Shown one piece after another: positions 9,886-17,700 of a stretch of 29,501 nucleotides of DNA. Each line of letters opens with the position of its first letter. The stretch's first letter is position 1. The stretch spans positions 1 through 29,501 of the forward strand of contig JAVRCJ020000062.1 in assembly GCA_034530875.2 (NCBI GenBank). The letters run 5' to 3'. A program made the position numbers and the translations under genes. The notes beneath the pieces are model-generated. The model had not been told where the DNA came from, did not search any database, and was given only the letters and a program-made list of their open reading frames with translations. Source of the DNA: Nostoc sp. DedSLP01. GTDB lineage: Bacteria > Cyanobacteriota > Cyanobacteriia > Cyanobacteriales > Nostocaceae.

Positions 9886-10071
9886 GTGAATAAACTTATC
9901 TCACTGCTACCAATTAATAATCAGAAGGTAAAGCTAAAAACCTCTGATTCTCAGCCGTGAATAAACTTATCTCACTGCTACCAATTAACAATTAGAAGGC
10001 AAAGCTAAAAAACCTCTGATTCCCAGCCGTGAATAAACCAATCTCACTGCTACCAATTAACAATTAGAAGG
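9886..10071 (+). repeat. Tandem 71-72-bp repeat array B (~2.6 copies)
   Basis: Units at 9886, 9957 and 10029 share the array A consensus, with linker TC(C/T)CAGCC. Confidence 0.92.
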
Positions 10072-10127
10072 AAGAAAACAAGCTTACTTTCAGTTCAAAC
10101 CCCAATCTAAAACTCAGGGGAAAAACA

Positions 10128-10487
10128 ATGTCTAACATCAAAAACTACGGAGTAGATATGAACAACAAGCAAATCAAAGACCTCTACAGCATCGAAGCTG
10201 TGCAAGACCTTGACCATGAAGCCGCTGCCACTATTAGTGGTGGTGCCTTAGACTTTTCCGACAAGAAGGATGGTGAAGGAAGGCGGCTAAATAATATCGC
10301 AAACGCACGACGCAGTTTAGGTAGCTTTAACAATAAAGCATCTTGGTACGAGGTGACGGGTAGAAAAGATTGGATTGTCTACAGTGGTGAGAATTTCACA
10401 GGTCAGAAGAGACGTCTCAAAGCAGGTTCAAAAGGTAACTTCACTGGTCCTTTTAACAACAACATCGCGTCTGTCAAACCTGCATAA
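10128..10487 (+). CDS. Double-glycine-leader protein with divergent beta/gamma-crystallin-like domain #2
   Basis: Leader ends DLDHEAAATISGG. Mature FNNKASWY...WIVYSGENFTG...FNNNIASVK aligns with the Greek-key pattern of #1. Confidence 0.82.
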   Translation: MSNIKNYGVDMNNKQIKDLYSIEAVQDLDHEAAATISGGALDFSDKKDGEGRRLNNIANARRSLGSFNNKASWYEVTGRKDWIVYSGENFTGQKRRLKAGSKGNFTGPFNNNIASVKPA

Positions 10488-10596
10488 TCAGCTCTGGTCT
10501 ATTTCATATCGTGTACTCGAATCCTTCAAAATCTCAAAGAGAAAAGAATGCCCTCACATAAGCTTTTAGCTGAGTAACATTCTTCTGTTGCAGTTC

Positions 10597-10629
10597 GTAG
10601 GGGCGAGGTCGTTTTCGCTCCTACTTTTT
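10597..10629 (+). terminator. Hairpin plus T tract (terminator, REP-like GTAG hairpin)
   Basis: GTAGGGGCGA...TCGCTCCTAC followed by TTTTT. Confidence 0.6.
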
Positions 10630-10676
10630 CATTCATATCAAGATAGCACAAATAAACATCAACACTGTTAACAGTT

Positions 10677-10752
10677 ATCAGAAGGCAAAGCTAAAAAACC
10701 TCTGATTCCCAGCTGAGAATAAACTTATCTCATTGCTACTAATTAACAATCA
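10677..10752 (+). repeat. Repeat array C (about one unit: hairpin half followed by promoter-like half)
   Basis: ATCAGAAGGCAAAGCTAAAAAACCTCTGATTCCCAGCTGAGAATAAACTTATCTCATTGCTACTAATTAACAATC. Confidence 0.88.
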
Positions 10753-10813
10753 CAAAGAAGAAAACAAGCTTATCTTCAGTTCAAACCCCAATCTAAAACT
10801 CAGGGGAAAAACA

Positions 10814-11170
10814 ATGTCTAACATCAATAACCACGGAGTCGATATGAACAACAAGCAAATCAAAGACATCTACAGCATCGATGTGCAAGACCTTGACTAT
10901 GAAGCCGCTGCCACTATTAGTGGTGGTGCCTTAAAGTTTTTCGACAAGAAGAATGGTATAGGAAGGAGGGTATTTTTTACCTTAAAAGTAGCAGCACGCA
11001 GTTTAGGCAACTTTAACAATAAAGCATCTTTTTACGTGTTGGGGGGTAGAGATGTGATTGTCTACACGGGTGAGAATTTCACAGGTCAATCAAGGCGTCT
11101 GAGAGCAGGTTCAAAAGGTAACTTTAATGGTCTTTTTAATAACAACATCGAGTCTTTTAAACCTGTTTGA
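10814..11170 (+). CDS. Double-glycine-leader protein with beta/gamma-crystallin-like domain #3 (close paralogue of #2)
   Basis: ATG at 10814 has the same 5' context as #2 (CTCAGGGGAAAAACAATG). Leader ends AATISGG; mature FNNKASFY...VYTGENFTG...NNNIESFK. Confidence 0.82.
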   Translation: MSNINNHGVDMNNKQIKDIYSIDVQDLDYEAAATISGGALKFFDKKNGIGRRVFFTLKVAARSLGNFNNKASFYVLGGRDVIVYTGENFTGQSRRLRAGSKGNFNGLFNNNIESFKPV

Positions 11171-11292
11171 AGAAGAATTCAGAAGTCAGAATGGGCTACG
11201 CCCCGCTACGCTAACAGGAGTCAGGACAAGAAAGTGGGGGATTCAGACCAGCCACTAATTGAAGACCACTAAATCGTTCGCGTAGCGTCTGG
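11170..11292. repeat. Nostoc-type heptamer/small-dispersed-repeat element fragment
   Basis: GAATTCAGAAGTCAGAA heptamers plus short GC-rich units GGGCTACGCCCCGCTACGCTAAC and TTCGCGTAGCGTCT. Confidence 0.5.
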
Positions 11293-11393
11293 AGAAATAG
11301 CACAAATAAACGTCAACGGTGTTAACAGTTATCAGGTAGGAAACGGACTCCTCTACCCCTTGTTAACTGCGGCTGTTACTGATTTTTTAAACA

Positions 11394-13592
11394 ATGAAAT
11401 ACCACAGCATATTGCAACACAGTGAAGAAGATTGTGGTGCAGCAAGCCTAGCCACAGTTTGCAAACACTACGGACGCACCTTTGCCCTCAATCGCGTGCG
11501 AGAAGCGGTAGGCACGGGAACGAGAGGAACTACACTACTAGGTTTAAGGCGGGGAGCAGAAACCCTGGGATTCCATGCTCGTCAAGTTCAAGCTACCCCA
11601 GAACTGTTTGAGAAATTAAATGAAGTCCCAATGCCCGCGATCGTTCACTGGAAAGGCTACCACTGGGTAGTATTATACGGGAAAAAGGGTAACAAATATG
11701 TCATCTCTGACCCTGCCTTCGGCATCTTATACCTCACCTCCCAGGAGTTAATCGCGGGTTGGAGTGATGGTGTGATGCTGCTGCTGATACCAGACGATAG
11801 CCGCTTCTACGAGCAAGGGGAAGATAAAATTGGCGGTTTTGGGCGCTTTATTGCCCGCGTTATGCCCTATCGCAATCTTTTGGTTCAGGCGATCGCTATT
11901 AACTTTGCGATCGGGCTGTTGTCCCTGGCTTCCCCTTTAATGATGCAACTCCTCACCGATGATGTGCTAGTGCGGGGAGATACCCAACTGCTAACAACGG
12001 TGGCAATTGGTGTGATTGCCATGAACCTAATTCAAAGTGCCATTGGTTTGGTACAATCTCACCTGATCGGTCATTTTGGTCAAAGGTTGCAATACGGGCT
12101 AATTCTAGAATACGGCCGAAAACTGTTGCGCTTACCCCTATCATATTTTGAAGCACGTCGCAGTGGAGAAGTCGTTAGCCGGATTGCTGACGTTCATACC
12201 ATCAATAATCTAGTCTCTCAAATTGTCCTTGGTTTACCCAGTCAATTTTTTGTGGCTCTGGTTTCCTTGGGTTTCATGCTCTTCTATAGTTGGCAACTGA
12301 CTCTCGCTTCCGTTGCTGCTTTTGTTATTGTCACAGGAGTCAACCTGCTTTTTCTTCCCGCCTTGCGCCAAAAAACCCGCAGCCTCATCGTTAAAGGTAC
12401 GGAAAATCAAGGCTTTTTAGTCGAAACCTTTCGCGGCGTTCAAGTCCTGAAAACCACCCAAGCGACTCCGCAAGCTTGGCAAGAATATCAAACAAATTTT
12501 GGTCGCCTTGCTAACTTAGACTGGACGACGATGAAGTTGGAGCTTTACAGCGGCACAGCCACTAGTATTCTTTCCAAATTGACGAGTATTGGCATACTCT
12601 GGTTAGGTTCTAGCTTAGTAATTAATCAGACATTATCTATCGGTCAACTGCTGGCGTACAGCGGTATGAGTGGTAGTTTTCTTGACTTTTTAGAGTCAGC
12701 AGTCGGGCTAATTGATGAATTTATCACTGCTCAAATTGTCGTTCAACGCTTGACAGAAGTGATAGATTCTACCCCAGAAGATGAAAATGACTTTAAAAAA
12801 CCTTGGGCAGAAATTCCTGGCAATGCAGATATTATTTGTTCTCAAATTAACTTCCACCATCCTGGTAGAACTGACCTGTTAGAAAATTTTTCTTTAACTA
12901 TCCCTGGTGGGAAAGTAATAGCCTTAATCGGTCAATCTGGCTGTGGCAAAAGTTCCCTTGGGAAATTAATTACTGGTTTATATCGCGTTCAATCTGGTAA
13001 CATTCGTTATGGTTTATACAACCAGCAAGATTTATCTTTAGAATGTTTGCGACAGCAAGTTGTATTAGTTCCCCAAGAACCTCATTTTTGGAGTCGTTCG
13101 ATTGTGGAAAATTTTCACTTCAGTTATCCCAACATTAGTTTTGAGGAAATAGTCAAAGCCTGTCAAATTGCTGGTGCAGATGAATTTATTAGTAAATTAC
13201 CTGATAAATATCAAACTGTTTTAGGCGAATTTGGTGCAAATATTTCTGGCGGACAAAGGCAGAGATTAGCTATAGCTAGAGCAATTGTAATTGACCCACC
13301 TGTATTAATTTTAGATGAATCTACAGGCGCTCTTGACCCGCTAAGTGAAACCCAAATTTTAGATAGATTACTTAATCACCGTCAAGACAAAACTACAATT
13401 ACGATCAGCCACCGTCCTCAAGTTATCAAACGGGCTGATTGGATTGTGTTGCTTGAAGATGGGTGCTTAAAAATTCAAGGAACTCCAGAAGAATTACGTC
13501 ATATCCCTGGAGAGCATTTAAGCTTTCTTGATGAAATTTATCCTTCTAATAATGGTAATGGCTTGAAATCTTCTTTACTTTTTCGGAATTAG
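11394..13592 (+). CDS. Peptidase C39-containing ABC transporter (PCAT, bacteriocin-type exporter)
   Basis: QHSEEDCGAA (catalytic Cys), HWKGYHWVV (His), a transmembrane domain, Walker A GQSGCGKS, signature ISGGQRQR and Walker B LILDES. Confidence 0.96.
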   Translation: MKYHSILQHSEEDCGAASLATVCKHYGRTFALNRVREAVGTGTRGTTLLGLRRGAETLGFHARQVQATPELFEKLNEVPMPAIVHWKGYHWVVLYGKKGNKYVISDPAFGILYLTSQELIAGWSDGVMLLLIPDDSRFYEQGEDKIGGFGRFIARVMPYRNLLVQAIAINFAIGLLSLASPLMMQLLTDDVLVRGDTQLLTTVAIGVIAMNLIQSAIGLVQSHLIGHFGQRLQYGLILEYGRKLLRLPLSYFEARRSGEVVSRIADVHTINNLVSQIVLGLPSQFFVALVSLGFMLFYSWQLTLASVAAFVIVTGVNLLFLPALRQKTRSLIVKGTENQGFLVETFRGVQVLKTTQATPQAWQEYQTNFGRLANLDWTTMKLELYSGTATSILSKLTSIGILWLGSSLVINQTLSIGQLLAYSGMSGSFLDFLESAVGLIDEFITAQIVVQRLTEVIDSTPEDENDFKKPWAEIPGNADIICSQINFHHPGRTDLLENFSLTIPGGKVIALIGQSGCGKSSLGKLITGLYRVQSGNIRYGLYNQQDLSLECLRQQVVLVPQEPHFWSRSIVENFHFSYPNISFEEIVKACQIAGADEFISKLPDKYQTVLGEFGANISGGQRQRLAIARAIVIDPPVLILDESTGALDPLSETQILDRLLNHRQDKTTITISHRPQVIKRADWIVLLEDGCLKIQGTPEELRHIPGEHLSFLDEIYPSNNGNGLKSSLLFRN

Positions 13593-13599
13593 TTAATGT

Positions 13600-13721
13600 T
13601 TATCAAAGAGAATTCAGAATGAATTTTGTACGACTGGCGGATAGTGAGCCTTGCCTCCGGCACGCCAAGGGCGAACGAGCGTCTTGATTCTGAATCCTGA
13701 ATTCTGTATTCTGTATTCTTC
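13600..13721. repeat. Nostoc-type heptamer-flanked dispersed element between PCAT and HlyD
   Basis: TTTATCAAAGAGAATTCAGAATG...TTCTGAATCCTGAATTCTGTATTCTGTATTCTTC. It shares a 20-bp core and the terminal TTATCAAA with 3156-3219 in inverted orientation. Confidence 0.65.
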
Positions 13722-13728
13722 AAAACTT

Positions 13729-15234
13729 ATGATTAGTAAGTCTCAAACAAATTTTTTACCCTTAGTTCAAGACAACGAGTTTCTTCCACCAATTAATCGT
13801 TGGACTACGTTTGGCGGACTATTTATCGTGTTTGCCTTGGCGTTATCTGTTCCTGTGGCTGCGGTTGCTAAATATAAAGTTACGGTGATTGGGCAAGCGG
13901 TTGTCCGTCCTGCGGGTGAATTGCCAATTGTACAGGCGGCGATAGAAGGACAAGTAATGCATATTTACGTCAAAGAAAATCAAACGCTGCAAAAAGGAGA
14001 TACGATCGCTACTATTGATGATTCTCGATTGCAAACCAAAAAAAACCAGCTGCAAACTAATATTCAACAAGCTAGGTTACAACTAATTCAAACCGTTCCC
14101 CAAATTAATGCGATCGATAGTCAAATTCGAGCCGAAAGCGATCGCACTAATCGGACTATCGCCTCTGCTAAAGCTGAATTGCAAGGACGCGATCGCGATT
14201 ATCAAGACAAAAAAATTACCACTATCACTGAACTTCAAGAAGCATCAGCCAACGTCAAAATGGCCCAAGAAGAATTATATGCAGGGCAAGCACAGTTACA
14301 ATCAGCATTAGCTAATCTCCACGCAACTGAGGCGGCTTTAGGAGCAGCAACATCAAAGCAGAGCCGATATGAAAGTGTTGCTAAACAAGGGGCATTATCC
14401 CGCGACCAACTAGAAGAAGTACAGCTGGCTGCCAAACAGCAACAACAAGCTGTAGAGGCGCAAAAAGCCACTTATAAAGCCCAAGAAAAAACAAATGAAC
14501 GGCTAAAACAAGCTGTTTTAGGGGCTATTGCTAAACGCTCGCGCACTCAAGCAGCTCTCAACCCAAGCAATGCAGAGGTAGCAATAGCGACTGAACGCAT
14601 TGCTCAAGAAAAAGCCGCTGGGGAAGTAAATAAAGCATCGTTAGAAAGAGAACTTCAAGCACTTATAAAACAGAAAATTGAAACCGAAAAACAATTAGAG
14701 CGCGATACTAGCGAATTCAAGCAAGCTGAAATTGACCTGAAGCAAACTACTATTACCGCTACAGCCGACGGGATTATTTCCAAACTAAATTTGAGAAACC
14801 CCGGTCAAACTCTCCGGGCTGGGGAGGAAGTTGTGCAAATTGTTCCTAGTCATGCACCTTTAGTTATCAAAGCAGCTGTCGGTTCTGAAGAAAAAGGTAA
14901 GATAAAAGTCGGTCAAAAGGTGCAAATGCGAGTTAGTGCTTGTCCTTATCCTGATTACGGTACTCTCAATGGCTTTGTCAAAGCGATTTCCCCGGATGCT
15001 GTTAATTCACCAAAAAAGGATGCAGATACGGATACGAACTCTACCCCAAAAGCAACTGCTGTAGGCGCTTTTTACGAAGTCACAATTGAACCAGAGAAAC
15101 TTGCTTTAGGTCGTAGCAGCACAAAGAAATGTCAAATTCAATTGGGTATGGATGGCAGAGTTGATATTATTACCCACGAAGAAACTGTACTGCAATTTGT
15201 ACTCCGCAAAGCCAAATTAATGACGGATTTTTAA
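13729..15234 (+). CDS. HlyD-family periplasmic adaptor (membrane fusion protein)
   Basis: One TM segment, lipoyl-like VKENQTLQKGD, a long coiled coil, ITATADGII, and ACPYPDYGTLNG. The ATG at 13729 is chosen because the upstream extension is repeat-derived. Confidence 0.94.
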   Translation: MISKSQTNFLPLVQDNEFLPPINRWTTFGGLFIVFALALSVPVAAVAKYKVTVIGQAVVRPAGELPIVQAAIEGQVMHIYVKENQTLQKGDTIATIDDSRLQTKKNQLQTNIQQARLQLIQTVPQINAIDSQIRAESDRTNRTIASAKAELQGRDRDYQDKKITTITELQEASANVKMAQEELYAGQAQLQSALANLHATEAALGAATSKQSRYESVAKQGALSRDQLEEVQLAAKQQQQAVEAQKATYKAQEKTNERLKQAVLGAIAKRSRTQAALNPSNAEVAIATERIAQEKAAGEVNKASLERELQALIKQKIETEKQLERDTSEFKQAEIDLKQTTITATADGIISKLNLRNPGQTLRAGEEVVQIVPSHAPLVIKAAVGSEEKGKIKVGQKVQMRVSACPYPDYGTLNGFVKAISPDAVNSPKKDADTDTNSTPKATAVGAFYEVTIEPEKLALGRSSTKKCQIQLGMDGRVDIITHEETVLQFVLRKAKLMTDF

Positions 15235-15239
15235 GATTC

Positions 15240-17645
15240 CTAACGATGTTGAATCAACATTACAACAACACCGCTTGCAACCACGGCAAAGGCAGAAGGA
15301 ATAAATGGCAACCATAGCCCTTGTTTTAAAAGGATGATGCTCCCAAAAGGAGCTGCCCAAAGAGCGATCGCACAAACTCCATATAAAATGATAGCGATCG
15401 CAAATATAGCGCATCCCTTATTAAGTAGTGAATGACGCACGCACCAAACAATCAAACCAGATACGCTCGACCATGCCCATATCCAAATAATATCAACCCA
15501 GAAAGGCAAAACCCCAAGAATTGGACGTTTGTCTAAAACTGCACTCAAAATTTGACTGACCATTTGCGCTTGTATAAATATGCCTGGTATTTCCTGGTAA
15601 GGTTGTTGTGCCGCTGAGTAGGGAGTTGACCAAGTATCGCTGATAGTGTTAGCTGTCACTCCTATGAGAACAACCTTATTTTTGAAAAAAGTATAGTTAA
15701 CCTTATTACTCAATACATCTGCTAAAGAAACTCTTTGGTAATCTGCATGACGGTAGTTGACAAGTATTTGAATTCCACCTAAATCAACTCTTTGTTGATA
15801 GCCACCACTGCGACCAGGCTTTAAGCGTTTAAATACTTTAGAACCAAATTGTATATAATCTTCATTTAAATTAGGTTGAATATTTTCGTAAAATAAATAA
15901 CGACCAGCTAATTGTAACGAGAGTGAGTAAGGCGTTGTACAAACAGACGAAGGCTCTTGTGCCATCATCATAATTTGGCGACGGACGATACCATCTGAGT
16001 CTTGAATTGCATCAGTAAAACCCTGACGTTCTATAGGGACTTCAAGAGGTGGTTTAACACCTTGGGGGTCGTGTTTGCGATCTCTGCCTTTACAGACAAC
16101 TACCACATTTTCTTTGCTCAGTTCAGTGGGGAGTTGTATCGGCTTTGATTCATTTGGAGGGTCAGTAAAATCTCTATAAATATCCAGTCCAATGACTCGC
16201 GGTTGATACTTTTGTAATTTGTTGAGTAATTGAGCTAACGTACTATCCGAAATAGATTTCACTCCTTTTGTCGTCTCTTGTCGGGATTGAATATCTTTTT
16301 CAGTAACTTCAACAACGAGCAATCTTGGATCTAAATCTTCCTTTGTCCGCAGGAGTAGCATTTGGTCAAAAGTTTGCAGCTCAGCTTTTTCAAAAATCCC
16401 CAAGTATCTCAGACCTATCGTTGAAAGAGTCACAATAGCAGTACTCAGCAGTACAGTCCAAAGTTTGTGCTTTCGAGTCGCAATTGTGCTTTTGGTCTTG
16501 GCGATTGAAATTCTGCTCTGAGTCGAAACCTCTCTGCGAGTCTTGGTGTCACCCGAACCACTGCGTAGTTCTTGCCAAGTAGTAGGAACAGTTGTAGGAT
16601 TTTGGCAGATAACTGGCAACCAACTAGCACAAGGAAAATCATTCTCCAATCCTTGAAGTCTTTCCCGCGCTTCTCGCACCGCCAGATAAAATGGCTTATT
16701 AAGAGCAAAAGCGACAAGAAAGTTTTTCAAAAACTCCTGTGCGACTAAATCTGACACCCCTTCCCGCATCACAATCATCTGGGGAATGTTCAAATCAGCC
16801 AAATTTCGTGCCAAACCAATGCCATCACAGGAGTTAAAAATTGCCAGTTTTAAACCGTGTGTAATTGCTGTTTTAAGTGCATTTTTAAATTGGTAAATTG
16901 TTAAACTTTCGCTTTGATTAATGTAAATTTCCCCTATCTCTCCATCTGCAATACTACCGCTATGTCCGGCAAAAAATAGAATATCCCAATTCTGATTCCA
17001 CAGTTGCTCGTCAAGTTCTTTTCGTGTAGGTTCGACAAGAAACGTAGTTTGAGTATCTGTTAAACTTTGCAACCAAGAACGGTCTTTATCAATATCAATA
17101 CCAAAACTGTTACCGAGAATTGCTAAAATCTTGACTTGAAGTGTAGTAGATTTTTGTACAACTTGAGGAGATGCATACTCATGATTGCTCAAAGCTAATT
17201 CTGCTTTCGGGTAATCTTCAAAAAAATTCCACAGATGCCAAGGTAACCGATGCAATAAAGATATATTTGTTTCAAAAATAACTCTAATTTCATCATCTCG
17301 GCTGAGTAGAGTTCTTAACTGTCGTTCAATATGTTGGAAGGATTCAGATTTTAACCAAGCATTGATATGTGTTTGTAACTGATGACATACTTCATCGAAA
17401 TCATTCACAGAAATATTGGTAATATCTTGTGAATGCACTTTTATCCGTTGATTGCTGCCCAGACGCTGATGGATAGCTTCGTAGAGTAATCTCCATCTTC
17501 TATAGAGTTCGGAAAGTTCTGGTATTGCTGGTAGACTCCCTATTATTTTAAATAATTGGTTATTGTGCCAAAGTTGAGCCGTGACAACAGGAAATCCTTG
17601 ATTTAAGTCTCCTCCTAACAAGCTGAAGATGACTAGCTGACTCAT
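15240..17645 (-). CDS. Membrane receptor: N-terminal CHAT domain, TM, CHASE2 sensor, 3 TM
   Basis: LPWHLW, FFAGHS and IFNSCDG (His/Cys dyad); TM LWTVLLSTAIVTLSTIGL; CHASE2 motifs DPRLLVVEV, PRVIGLDIYRD, DSDGIVRR, KVVLIG and PGIFIQAQMVSQIL; hydrophobic C-terminus. Confidence 0.9.
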   Translation of the reverse strand: MSQLVIFSLLGGDLNQGFPVVTAQLWHNNQLFKIIGSLPAIPELSELYRRWRLLYEAIHQRLGSNQRIKVHSQDITNISVNDFDEVCHQLQTHINAWLKSESFQHIERQLRTLLSRDDEIRVIFETNISLLHRLPWHLWNFFEDYPKAELALSNHEYASPQVVQKSTTLQVKILAILGNSFGIDIDKDRSWLQSLTDTQTTFLVEPTRKELDEQLWNQNWDILFFAGHSGSIADGEIGEIYINQSESLTIYQFKNALKTAITHGLKLAIFNSCDGIGLARNLADLNIPQMIVMREGVSDLVAQEFLKNFLVAFALNKPFYLAVREARERLQGLENDFPCASWLPVICQNPTTVPTTWQELRSGSGDTKTRREVSTQSRISIAKTKSTIATRKHKLWTVLLSTAIVTLSTIGLRYLGIFEKAELQTFDQMLLLRTKEDLDPRLLVVEVTEKDIQSRQETTKGVKSISDSTLAQLLNKLQKYQPRVIGLDIYRDFTDPPNESKPIQLPTELSKENVVVVCKGRDRKHDPQGVKPPLEVPIERQGFTDAIQDSDGIVRRQIMMMAQEPSSVCTTPYSLSLQLAGRYLFYENIQPNLNEDYIQFGSKVFKRLKPGRSGGYQQRVDLGGIQILVNYRHADYQRVSLADVLSNKVNYTFFKNKVVLIGVTANTISDTWSTPYSAAQQPYQEIPGIFIQAQMVSQILSAVLDKRPILGVLPFWVDIIWIWAWSSVSGLIVWCVRHSLLNKGCAIFAIAIILYGVCAIALWAAPFGSIILLKQGLWLPFIPSAFAVVASGVVVMLIQHR

Positions 17646-17663
17646 TTGTTTTTTGTCTTTATT

Positions 17664-17700
17664 TAATGACCAATGACTAATGACTAATGACTAGTGACTA
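17664..17700. repeat. Short tandem heptamer repeat (STRR2-like), 5 copies
   Basis: TAATGAC CAATGAC TAATGAC TAATGAC TAGTGAC. Confidence 0.85.

Noticed and set aside
8909..10752. CRISPR array
   Set aside because: The units are near-identical along their whole length, with no unique spacers and no cas genes in the window.
9229..11170. Lanthipeptide or other modified RiPP precursors
   Set aside because: The mature regions lack Cys, are domain-sized, and no LanM, YcaO or radical SAM gene is present in the window.
9208..13728. TTG starts at 9208, 10733 and 13651 from the ORF track
   Set aside because: The extensions run through repeat or UTR sequence; downstream ATGs fit the paralogues or family better.
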